A stretch of 64,000 bases of DNA, from the NCBI GenBank assembly GCA_963674785.1, contig OY771555.1, forward strand, positions 608,001 to 672,000. The letters are read 5' to 3'. Below are positions 48,017-59,200 of the stretch, piece by piece. How positions within the stretch are numbered: the stretch's first letter is position 1; each line of letters starts with the position of its first letter. The notes below the pieces were generated by a model. That model did not search any database, was not told the DNA's origin, and saw only the letters and a program-made list of their open reading frames with translations. The stretch is from Caldisericia bacterium (GTDB taxonomy: Bacteria; Caldisericota; Caldisericia; JAAYUI01). The translations under genes and the position numbers were made by a program.

Positions 48017-49069
48017 TTACTTACCTTCACGGATATCAATTTGTTGTTCTACCTTTTTTATTTCTTTATCAAAATCGCTAATGTAATTCTTATCCTGAAT
48101 TACCCTAAATTTTTCAAATTCTGCCTCCGCATGCTTTTTTGCATTTTCTGCAGAAATACTGCCGGCATTATCAAGAACTTCTCTTCCATCAAATTTCAAA
48201 AAATCATCAATCCAATTTGACCAATCTTTCATTGTCATCGGGATTTTTCGATTTGCTCGGTCTTCGGCAAGATCAAGAGCAGCATTTACAATTCTTCCCA
48301 TTGATTCAAGTTCATCCTTGGTTAGATAGTTTTTTGCAATGGTTACATCCTTTTTTGAAATCTTACCATCAGGAGAGTTTTTCCAGGTTGTCAAACCCAT
48401 ATTTAGTTCACCGCTATCTACTCTTTCTCTGATGAGTTCAGAGGCAGTGTGACCATGTGTTCCAAAGTGCAACTTATTTTGAACAACCTTGAAAAACATC
48501 GAAGCTGTTGGGGCATCATTATTGTAGTCAAGGCTTGTTGCAAAGATATCTGTGAGTTTCTGATAAAACCTTCTCTCAGAGAGTCTGATCTCCCTGATCT
48601 GGGCAAGAAGTTCTTCGAAATAATCGTGTCCAAGGAAGTCACCGTTTTCCATTCTTTCACGATTAATGACATATCCTTTTATAGCAAATTGAGTTAAAAC
48701 CTTCGTTGCCCACTGTCTGAACTCTGTTGCCCGGATTGAATTTACTCGATAACCAACAGAGATAATGGCATCAAGGTCATAATGCTTTGTGTTGTAGGAT
48801 TTTCCATCATCGGCAGTTATCCGGAAATTCCGGATAACTGAATCTTCGTAAAGCTCCCCTGTTTTGAAGATGTTTTTCAGATGTTCGTTAACAGTTCTGA
48901 CATCGACATCAAAAAGTTTGGCCATCAGTTTTTGGGTAAGCCAGATTGTCTCATCTTCATATCGAACCTCAAACGTGTCCTTTGAAGATGATGCGAACCT
49001 CAGAAACTCGATCGTACTGTTTCTGACAAGTTTTATTTTTTCATTGCCACTTTTTTTCATAAAAATCAT
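48017..49069 (-). CDS. virulence RhuM family protein (copy 2); start 49069 or 49060
   Basis: WLTQKLMAKLF, YDLDAIISVGYRVNS, IRLSERRFYQK, AKNYL. Confidence 0.9.
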   Translation of the reverse strand: MIFMKKSGNEKIKLVRNSTIEFLRFASSSKDTFEVRYEDETIWLTQKLMAKLFDVDVRTVNEHLKNIFKTGELYEDSVIRNFRITADDGKSYNTKHYDLDAIISVGYRVNSIRATEFRQWATKVLTQFAIKGYVINRERMENGDFLGHDYFEELLAQIREIRLSERRFYQKLTDIFATSLDYNNDAPTASMFFKVVQNKLHFGTHGHTASELIRERVDSGELNMGLTTWKNSPDGKISKKDVTIAKNYLTKDELESMGRIVNAALDLAEDRANRKIPMTMKDWSNWIDDFLKFDGREVLDNAGSISAENAKKHAEAEFEKFRVIQDKNYISDFDKEIKKVEQQIDIREGK

Positions 49070-49422
49070 GGTGGAGGTGACGGGAATCGAACCCGTGTCC
49101 AGCTTAACTCAAGCATCGATGGAATTACAAGCTTCCCCTATTTAGTTATTGCCCAGTGATAACAGGGAAAATCAGTAGGACAAGCGACCTGGTTTGTACT
49201 TGAGCGATCTCGAGCAGGCCACCCTAAAACGCCAAGAGTCCGTGTAACGACGGCTCCCCACTACCCAGACTACTCTCGTGGTTCACCGTAGTGCTTCTAT
49301 TAAGCAGCTAAAGCGTAATTGTTGTCGGCATTTATTTTGCCTGGTGTCTTGTTAACGAGGCTGGCACCATCCTCGGCTTGCCATCAGATTCAATTGTCAA
49401 GTGTCGAAGCCAATTCACCCCC
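49069..49422 (-). ncRNA. ssrA: tmRNA, tag (A)ADNNYALAA
   Basis: 5' GGGGGTGAATTGGCTTCGAC; 3' GGGTTCGATTCCCGTCACCTCCACCA; tag ORF GCCGACAACAATTACGCTTTAGCTGCTTAA; 354 nt. Confidence 0.95.
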
Positions 49423-49532
49423 GACCAAATATCATACTACTTGAGAGTCATATATGTTCAAGCAAATTTAGGTTGTGAAACATCGTGAAACATCCAAAAT
49501 AAATATTAAAGAAATGTACTAGTTACAAACTT

Positions 49533-49629
49533 TTATCCACATTGTGGATAACCGTGAAACTACGTGAAACATCGGATAAATTGACATGTTATTTGAAGTT
49601 ATCCACACCTATCCACTGAGATTTCCACA
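49533..49629. promoter_or_regulatory. DnaA-box cluster 3
   Basis: TTATCCACA 49533, TGTGGATAA 49543, TTATCCACA 49599, weaker CTATCCACT and ATTTCCACA. Confidence 0.8.
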
Positions 49630-49715
49630 AAAGTGGAAAAAATCTTTCAAAAAATGAATCAATATCATTAATCTTGTGAGTTTTTTTGGGAATTGGTACA
49701 CGCTTCTCAAGAGTT

Positions 49716-49742
49716 AAAAAAAGACCCCATAAATATGGGGTC
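49716..49742 (-). terminator. hisS terminator
   Basis: GACCCCAT-AAAT-ATGGGGTC with T7 on minus strand. Confidence 0.85.
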
Positions 49743-49774
49743 ATGATGTATAAAAGTAAAAAGAAGACTATTAA

Positions 49775-51067
49775 CTACTTACAAATCTTCTCCATCTCAG
49801 ATGAAAGTTCATCAAACGTGATTGTTTTTTGTTCCCTTGTATTTGTATCTTTGATTGTAACAGAATTACCAGAAACCTCGTCCTCACCGATAATAACTAT
49901 AGCTTTAACACCCTTTGAAACAGCATGTTTCATCTGCCATTTCATTTTCTTGTTTCCATATCCGGTGATTACGTTGATTCCGCTCTCTCGAATCTTTGAT
50001 GCAACCCTCAATGAATACTCAAGTGTGGACTCCCCAAAGTGCAGAATATAAACATCTGCAACAGATAAACAACTACTTGAGATTCCAATTTCTTTCATGG
50101 CAGCAAGGATTCTATCAAATCCAAGTGATGCTCCAACAGCGGGAATCTCACGACCAGAAAAGATGCCAACAAGTTTATCATATCTTCCGCCACCGGCAAT
50201 TGATCCAAACTTGATATCTGTGAGCTTGGCTTCAAAAACCGGACCTGTGTAGTAGCTTTGACCACGTGCAAGAGATGGGTCAAATGTAACCTTAGCACCA
50301 CCAAGTTTTGCAAGTTTTATAATTCTTGCAACCTGAGCAAGGGCATTTGCTCCGGCTTCATCGCCTGACAAAACTGATGTAAACTTTTCAAGTTTCTCCT
50401 CAGATGTTCCCTCAAATGATAACAGATCGATTATCTCTGAACCATTAGAAACACCAATCTTATCAAGCTCTTTTGTCACACCATCGGCACCAATCTTATC
50501 AAGTTTATCAATCTCAATAATCACATTTCGCTTTTTATCATCAGCAACAGAAAAATGGGTGAGGATTGCATCAAGGATTTCGCGTGAATTGATGTTTATA
50601 ACAAAATTTTCAAACCCGATATTTGATAATGCGGAACTTATAACTGTCACAATCTCAGCATCAGCTGTCACATCCTCATCACCAAAGATATCAACATCAC
50701 ACTGATGAAACTCTCGATACCTGCCTTTCTGTGGTCTATCAGCTCTCCAGACCCTTTGAATCTGGTATCTTTTAAATGGCATGGCAATTTCGGGATTTGT
50801 TGCGATCATCCTTGATACAGGAACTGTCAAATCATAGATCAATCCAACGTGACGCTTACCCAGATCCTCAAAGTTGTACATCAACATTTCCGAGTCTCCA
50901 CCCTCTTTTCCAGCAAGTGTAGAGTAGTACTCAAGGGATGGTGTTTCAATTGGGTCGAATCCAAATAATTCAAAGGTTTCACGAATTTTTTCAATCAATC
51001 GGTTTCTTTCAATCATATCACTTGGAAGTGAATCTCTAAATCCTGATAAAATCTTTGGTTTATCCAT
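49775..51067 (-). CDS. hisS: histidine--tRNA ligase
   Basis: GFRD, YDLTVP, RADRPQKGRYREFHQCD, RGQSYYTG, GGGRYD. Confidence 0.96.
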   Translation of the reverse strand: MDKPKILSGFRDSLPSDMIERNRLIEKIRETFELFGFDPIETPSLEYYSTLAGKEGGDSEMLMYNFEDLGKRHVGLIYDLTVPVSRMIATNPEIAMPFKRYQIQRVWRADRPQKGRYREFHQCDVDIFGDEDVTADAEIVTVISSALSNIGFENFVININSREILDAILTHFSVADDKKRNVIIEIDKLDKIGADGVTKELDKIGVSNGSEIIDLLSFEGTSEEKLEKFTSVLSGDEAGANALAQVARIIKLAKLGGAKVTFDPSLARGQSYYTGPVFEAKLTDIKFGSIAGGGRYDKLVGIFSGREIPAVGASLGFDRILAAMKEIGISSSCLSVADVYILHFGESTLEYSLRVASKIRESGINVITGYGNKKMKWQMKHAVSKGVKAIVIIGEDEVSGNSVTIKDTNTREQKTITFDELSSEMEKICK

Positions 51068-51434
51068 TTCTAAATAATTCCTTTTTTATATTTCACCAAC
51101 TGGAAGTCTCTATTTATCGGTTGTGATAGTGGAGGAAATCTCTTTCTGATCGAAAATTGCAGTTCTGTAATGTGTTTAGAAAAGTTATTCACAAATCCTC
51201 CAATAAGAGTACACACCCAGTGTGAACAATTCTTAGCGATGTGTCACCCATTCTCGCAAGCATTTCTTCATTTGTCAACATATTCACACCCTATACATAT
51301 AATAACATGAAAGACTTACTTATTATTATATGTATAGTCGGTTAGTATGTATAAAACTCAAAGAAATCATTTCTAATACAGCAATACTCTATCCAGTATG
51401 TTGTGTTTATAATATGTTGAAAATGTGGATAAGA
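51068..51434. other. probable oriC
   Basis: Directly downstream of dnaA; boxes at 51185, 51221, 51272/51280 and 51424; AT-rich core with a 15-bp inverted repeat. Confidence 0.7.
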
Positions 51435-52748
51435 TCAGCTATCAAGTTTGGAGATGATGTCACCTACTGCTGTATCCATGGCATCATCCTTGTTTCGAAG
51501 TTGAGAAATCTTATCTCTTGCATACATAATTGTTGTATGATCTCTTCCCCCAAATTTTTCCCCAATCGCCTTTAATGACAGGTCTGTGAGTTCTCTTGCC
51601 AAATACATTGCAACCTGCCTTGGGATAGCAACGTCATTTGTCCTTTTCCTTGTGATAATATCATCTTTAGTAAGCTTGAAATAATTACAGACACTTTCAA
51701 TGATCTTATCAACAGTAATCCTCTTTGTGGTTTTAGGAATCATATCTTTAAGAACTTCACGGGCAGATGAAAGTGTTAGGTCCATGTTTTGTAGTGATGC
51801 TATTGCAACAAGCCTGATGAGTGAGCCTTCAAGTTCACGGATATTACTAAAGCCATGGCTTGCAACATAATTAATAACATCTTGGGGAACCTCAACATGC
51901 TCCTGATGTGATTTTTTCTCAAGAATTGCGATTCTTGTTTCAAGGTCAGGCGCTTGGATGTCCGCTTGAAGACCCATTTCAAATCTAGACTTTAATCTAT
52001 CTGTAACTCCCATGAGTTGTTTTGGTGGTCTATCTGATGTGAAGACTATTTGGCTACCAACATTATATAGTTCATTGAATGTATGGAATAACTCTTCCTG
52101 GGTTCTTTCCTTCCCCTTCAAAAACTGGATATCATCAATGAGCAGAACCTTGATGGTTCTATAGAATTTATGAAATTCATCGATTTTATTGTCCTTGATA
52201 GCTCTTACAACATCTGCTGTGAAGCTTTCCGTGGTTGTATATATCAAATCAGATGAAGGATGGTTTGAAAGAATCTCGTGTCCGATTGCTTGAAGAAGAT
52301 GGGTTTTACCAAGACCAACACCCCCATATATAAACAGTGGGTTATAGGCTTTTCCTGGATTTCTTGCGGATGCAAGGCATGCTGCGTGTGCAAATTTGTT
52401 GGAATTACCAATTACAAATGAGTCAAATGTGTATTTTGGATTTAGGAGTTGACCGTTTTTGGCAGCAATCGTTGTTTCCTCCTCAGGTGGCGGAGAGTTC
52501 AGCTTTTCTTCCTTTGAAACTACGAAAACAACGTCCATCTTTTGAGAGGTAATCTCTTCTGCGATGTCTTTTATCATCCCATAGTATTTAGATTGAATCC
52601 AGTCTTTTGCAAAGTCTGTTGCCACTGACACAACAACCCTGCCCTCTGATTCTGACACAAGTTTTGATGATGAAAACCACATTTCATAACTTGGGATAGA
52701 AACCTTTTCGCGTAATTTGTCCAACACCTCATTCCAAATATTATTCAT
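51435..52748 (-). CDS. dnaA: chromosomal replication initiator DnaA
   Basis: NPKYTFDSFVIG, YGGVGLGKTHL, LIDDIQF, RQVAMYL, FGGRDHTT. Confidence 0.98.
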   Translation of the reverse strand: MNNIWNEVLDKLREKVSIPSYEMWFSSSKLVSESEGRVVVSVATDFAKDWIQSKYYGMIKDIAEEITSQKMDVVFVVSKEEKLNSPPPEEETTIAAKNGQLLNPKYTFDSFVIGNSNKFAHAACLASARNPGKAYNPLFIYGGVGLGKTHLLQAIGHEILSNHPSSDLIYTTTESFTADVVRAIKDNKIDEFHKFYRTIKVLLIDDIQFLKGKERTQEELFHTFNELYNVGSQIVFTSDRPPKQLMGVTDRLKSRFEMGLQADIQAPDLETRIAILEKKSHQEHVEVPQDVINYVASHGFSNIRELEGSLIRLVAIASLQNMDLTLSSAREVLKDMIPKTTKRITVDKIIESVCNYFKLTKDDIITRKRTNDVAIPRQVAMYLARELTDLSLKAIGEKFGGRDHTTIMYARDKISQLRNKDDAMDTAVGDIISKLDS

Positions 52749-52756
52749 AACAACAT

Positions 52757-52784
52757 ATGTTATCTAATTGGATAGGCACGTCAA
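52757..52784 (-). promoter_or_regulatory. candidate dnaA promoter
   Basis: TTGACG-16bp-TAACAT, 8 nt before the ATG, no SD. Confidence 0.5.
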
Positions 52785-53228
52785 CAGGGGATGATGAATT
52801 TTATGTATACTTTATTGTATAAAAATAATGTGCTTTGTATATTTTGTACACATGATGCGTGCTAATAACTCATATCAAGCTACAAATTATGGTTTGTCAA
52901 TTCCGAAGTCTGTGAAATTTCTGAAATATGGCTGTGAATCCAAAGCAGTTTATTTGTGGCACGTTAATTGCATGTATGTCGTGTGGTAAGTAGTGGTGCG
53001 TGGATGCACTTGCGGTTTGCACGCTCATTTCTGCCAATTTTACACAGAGATATTTATTCTTAAGTATCGGTTACATGGAGGCATATTGAATCACCTCCCT
53101 CTAGGGTGGTAGTTATTGTTATGTGGCCATACTGTGTGATTTATTGTTTTTTGGCATGGCTTATGGTCGGGATGGTAGGCGAACGACCGAAACCGTGCTT
53201 GGTTTGCAAATATGAAAGGAGATTGGTG

Positions 53229-56200
53229 ATGAAGAAGTCAATCAGCATTCTCGTGGCAATTTTGATGCTATTTACAGCATTTACCGCCACAACTCAATTC
53301 AGCACAGACGATGTGTTGGCAACAGACAATACAAATGCTGTATTTATTGCAGTAAGGTGGGCTCCAAATGGTAGAATTTGGAGTGGTGATCAGATCTACC
53401 CACCTGCAGGCGAGTCAGCCATGGAGGCAAGAAACTTTACCTCCGGTGGACACGTCGTTTCCTGGGGAAGACCAGGATTCCAGATGCCCGCAGGCGTACA
53501 CTGTTGGACAGAATTCTATCTCGATGTTGATGCAAACAGAGGTGAATCTCAGGAAAGCAATCACTGGTATGCAATCGTCGATACAGATGGAAATCTTTGG
53601 TTCGACAGAGATGGTCACTTCCATGATTCAAGATACTATACGTATGCTGATCCATGGACCGACAATTACCAGCAAGATCCAGCAAGAACAGACGACAATT
53701 GCAAGGATAACCCCTATGCAAGAGTCGACCCAATAACCTCAAACAACACACAGGGACCATACACCTTCCCACAGTACAACATCTCTGGAGCACTTAATCC
53801 AAATGATCCATTGGATGAGAATCCAGTGTACTTCATGGACAAAAATGTTGGCAGAACATTCCGTGTTGGATATGCAGATCTTGAAGCTCACAATCCAGGT
53901 TCAGTTGTCCAGGCTGATCCATATACCGGACAGAACCCATGGGATTATGGTCTTGATCTTGAGAGATTCCTTGATGGAAGAAATCCACAGAATCCAATGC
54001 CACCAGTCATGCAGGAGCCACCATGGGATTATGACGGTGCAGCCGGCCCAGCAATAAACACCTATGATGTCAATGAATATTTCTTTGACGGAGCACTTGA
54101 CACATGGAACTACGGTGAAGAATGGCACGCAGACAATGCCCCAGGTACCCGTGACACAACCGGACCAAACAACATGCATGAATACCTTTTCGGAGATTTC
54201 ATCTACAGAAAAGGTACTATTGATGCAGGTAATATTGTTACAGGTATGGACAGAAACGCTGGTGCAGATGCTGACTATCCACATATGTTTGGATGCACAA
54301 GGCTTACACCTGTTGTTGTCCCAACATCATGGGGAAGATATGTAAGATACCCAGCTGGCTCAGTCGTAGTTGACTCCAGATCAAATGGTGGAACACCAGG
54401 AACAAGAGACCCAGGCGACGACCTTGATGTTGGTCTTGCTGTTTATAGATTCCCACTCTCTGCAGACAACTTTGACCCTGCAGGAAATCCTCCAATGAAC
54501 CTCAACAATGCTTGGGGAAGCATCGGCTCAACAGTCCATCTTGAAGAGCCATGGGGATATGAAGAGCTTGAGTGGAATGGTGCAAACCCAGAACTCTTTG
54601 ATTATGCAGTTCAGCAGACACCAAACGGAAACGTTTCACTTTCAGAAGCCATCTACATGAAAGACACTGGCGGCTCCACAATCGACTTTACTGACAGAAG
54701 ACTCACAAACTGGGGATCTGGACAGATGTTCCTTGACAGAACAGATGTCACAGGATTCATTCAGCCAGGTGATGTTCTTATTCTCTCAGAAGTCCTTCGT
54801 GGCGGATGCGCAACACCAACATATGACATCTCTGTTGAAACAGACCTTTGGGAAGGAATGCTTCCATCTGTTACATCAGCAGCTCTCAGATCACCAAATG
54901 GTGAGATCACATATAGGGCACAGACAATCCAGAAATCAACAGTTCTTGGACAGGATCCAGATGATTTCGCGGTTCCAGCTTGCACCTTCGAGGGTGTTAA
55001 ACTTGACTATCGTGAATATCTCGGAGTTGAGATTTGGAAGGATGATGGTGTAAACAACATGCTCGACCTCGGTCAGCTTTTTGCAACCCCATCAACATAT
55101 GTCGCAACCGAATATAACAACACAGACGACTATCACGAAGGTGAAGTCAGTGAACTCTTTGTTGGTGCACAGGGATCAGAAGTTGATACCGATATTGGTC
55201 TTGGTCATGACACCCTCACAATGGGTAGACAGACTGCACCAACCAACATGGTTGTTCTTCCAATGTCAGACTTCTTCCAGCAGACAAGAAGACTCGACTT
55301 CAATGCTCCAAATGGTCCAGTGGGAGCCGGAACATATGGTGCAAATGGTCATCCATATTATAACCAGCTTGCTCCAAATGCAGAGCAGTATTTTGAAGTC
55401 AATCCAAACGGATTCGGTGCACCAGTAAGATTCTTTGATGTTCAGAATCCTGGTGGATATATGAGCGATGCTCTTGGACAGAATATCTATGGTTGTGGCG
55501 AAGCCCTCTATAGAGACATGGACTATCTCCTTCCATCAACAGCTGAAGGTGTTGGTGCATTCGAGATCTCAATGGGTGACATCAGACTTACTGAAGTCAC
55601 AGTTACCAGAATGGATCCAGCAACAAGCACTTCAACTGTCATCGTTTATCACAGAGACTCAGTTGTTGCCCCAGGTGACCAGGACGTAAACCTCTGGGCA
55701 GGATTTGGTGGATGGGATGCCTACAATGATATTCCTTGTGGTAATGACCTCTCACCATTTATGACCAACTATTATGATGGTTATATTATGGCTCACGAAG
55801 TTTATCCATGGTCAGCTGGAACAGTCATTTCCGGAAACTTCCAGCCAGTATGGCTTGACTGGGAACATGAAGACCCATACGACAACACAAAAGACATCGG
55901 AATGAACTACCGTTATGATGCAGGTGAGTTCATCTATGATGTTGGTTTCCTCTTTAGTAAGAATCAGGAAGACAAAGATCCAACAGACCCAGGTCTTGAA
56001 TTCCCAGGTGAAGATAACCTCTCATCATGGGCAAACCCATTTGGAACAGTTTCAGAGGGTTGGACAAGACTTACACCTGTCGAATACGGCGGAAGATATT
56101 ATCAATGTGGAACCCAGACTTCAATCACTGACGAGTGGATCAATACCATTCCAGTGCAGGGTATCACATATGGAAGAAACGGCAACAGACGTTACCTCGA

Positions 56201-59200
56201 CATGGAAGTTATTCCAGGTGACCCAGGAATCGTCGTTGAAACATCATCAAACCTTAAAGTTGAGCAGACAACCGAGTTCAGAGTTTCATTCGAATCAGGT
56301 GCTGAGCTTGTTGAGGGACATTGGGACGGTCCATCATGGGTTCCAGATGAAGTTGGATACGTAATCCTCCAGGGTAACGGTATTTTCTACGGTCCAGAAG
56401 GTGCAACATATCTTAATAATGTTCTTTATGAACTTACACCTGACAGACCAGAGGCAAGATTCCACTTTACACCATATCGTGGAAACTGTCTCACAAACCC
56501 ACCAGGTGATCCAGGCGACATGGTCGAACTCTTTGTTATCAGAGAAAAGGGCGGAGTTGTTCCTGCACCACCAGACGGATACTATGCTGACTACTTCTTT
56601 GAGAGATGGTACAAGAATGCTAATTATGATCTTGGACAGACACCATATCATTACATCCCAGCACTCGAGATTCCAGATGAGAACAGACTTCCATACCCAC
56701 CACTTCCAGACAACCTCAAGAACAACTATGACTGCTTCAAGAAAGTCCAGTACCAGGTAGAACCAGAAGAGCTTATCATCGAGTCAAACAAACTCTGTAT
56801 CACAACACTTGATCAGAGATTCCCAAACCTCGAGTTCACACTCTTTGATGCAGATAATGAGAATGATGTTAATGATCCAGCAAACATCCCATTCTCAATC
56901 CCATTTGATAACAACACAATTCAGCAGCCATTCCACACCAATATTGTAAACTACAACTGTCATGGTGGCGGAATTGACTTTATGTGTGTTGCTGCACCAG
57001 AAGATCCAACATATGTTAACGACCCATCAAATCACAAGTTCATCATTCAGTACAACCTTGATGGTACATATTTCTACTGGTACTGGTATGAACCAACAAA
57101 CTCCGCAACAATCAATAACCCACAGATTCCAGGTGCTCTTGATCCAAATGACGTAGTCATCGGTCAGGAATGGAACATGGGCTTCCCAATCGATCCAAAC
57201 ATGGATGTCAAGAGAACTCCAGTTATGGTCGAGGATAGAACCACAATTGATGATGTCGACTGTTCAAATGGCGCAACACTTTGTGATGTTTGTTACATCG
57301 ATGGCATGAGAGCAATTGGTGACATCACTGGTAAATACCATAACGAACTTCGTTCAGATAAACTTGGTATCTTTGATGGCACATTTGGTCACATCTATCA
57401 GTACGGTATCCCAACATATGTAACAGGATACGGACAGCTCACAGATGCAGATCAGGGCGGAACATGTCTTGCTCTTGCAAAACCAACCGATGGTTCAACA
57501 CACATGGAAGTAAGAATTTATTCTTACATGAACGTGTTTGACTATAACTCAACCATCGCACATCCAGAGCTTACAGATGGCGCTCCATACTTTGTTTATG
57601 ACAAAATGGGTGGAGAAATGCCGAGCTACGGAATCGACTACTGTGGAACACACGACATGAAGGTTTACCCACCAGATCCATACGTAAACTTCGCAGAATT
57701 CCACGTGATCGACCATGGTCTCCAGTTTAGTAAAGTTCATTACACAGCCGGTGCAAACACCGGTGGATATATTGGACCATTATCACCACTTCAGATCCCA
57801 ACCCCACAGATTATTGCTCCATACGATCCAATCCTTAGATACATCCCAACCGAATTCAGATGTTATCCTGGTGGACAGACCCACGCAGGTAGAGCAACTG
57901 GTCAGGTTTGGGGTAATTATGGCGGACCATTTGGTTGGAACGCATATCCAGCAATCTGGTCAAGACAGACAAAGAAAAATCTTCAGTACGAACAGTATGG
58001 AAAACTCGGAACTGAGTTCTTCCCACTCACAGACTATATGCTTCTCTTTGTACTCAAAGACGGTTCAGGAAGACATCTTTCCTTCGACCCAGACCATGAT
58101 CCAGACAGAAGAATCACAAGAATGGTTGTCTCAGGTCCATTTGCAAGACCAAAAGTTCTCAACAACATTACTGGTTCAGTTGTCGCACCATACGAATACA
58201 ACCAGATGACACAGGTTCCAATCCAGTATGACTTCTCAGGTAAGATTGTTATTGATGAAACAAACTGGACAGATTTCGAAATGGTCGAAGTCACTGAGAA
58301 CTTCAATGGTGATGCAGCAAACGAACCATATGCAGGTTACGGAAACATTCCAAACGAAAACGATCAGTACAGAGATCCAAACCCATTCATTGAAAAACTT
58401 GATAACCTTAACTTCGCATCAATTGGTTACATGAACCCAATCGGTGCAGGTCAGCACGAAAACACAGATAACGTATTCGTAATTGACGAACTTATCCCAT
58501 GGCAGCCAGGAAAAATCCTTGTTTACGTCACACTCTATGATGGAACATTCAAGATGTACCAGGATTGCTGTACCTCACCACCAACCGATGGTATCGATGT
58601 ACATGCACTTGGAATTGAATACACAATCTCAGAAGACGAAGAGATCAGACACATTCCACTTGGAATTGACAACAAACTTGAGATCAAACTCACAGAAGAG
58701 CAGCCATATCATAATGACATCGCTGAGGCTTCAATATTCTGCAACGACGCATACATTTATGTCTGGCAGGATAGAGGTGTCGCAAGAGCTGGTGAAGACT
58801 TCTACACAGGTGCAGGCGATGCTTGGGTAACAAACCCACCAGGTTCATCAAGATTCTACTATGGTAGAGATGATGGAAATGCAGCACAGTATGATGTTAC
58901 ATGGGACGACAACCCAATCGACATCAACGGTAACGGAATCGTTTCATTTGCAGAGCGCGAAACAGAGATCGTTGGATCATACAACATCGCAACAAACACA
59001 TGGAGCGGTGGACTTGTTGATGCAAGAACATTCCAGAGAAATAATGGTATCTATGTCTTTGAACTTACAGAAGACAACGGTTGCCAGGTAACAGATTCAG
59101 GTCTTGACTTTGGTGGTGAAGAGGGTGTTGGTGATGAGCCAGACCATATCATCTCCGATAAAGAACTCCTTCCACTTTATATTACAGCATACAAATACGG

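Noticed and set aside
48017-49069. Prophage or genomic island at ssrA
   Set aside because: No integrase and no duplicated ssrA 3' end; only one gene lies before parA
53106-53228. 41-codon N-terminal extension of the giant ORF
   Set aside because: The SD and signal peptide place the start at 53229 (or GTG 53226)
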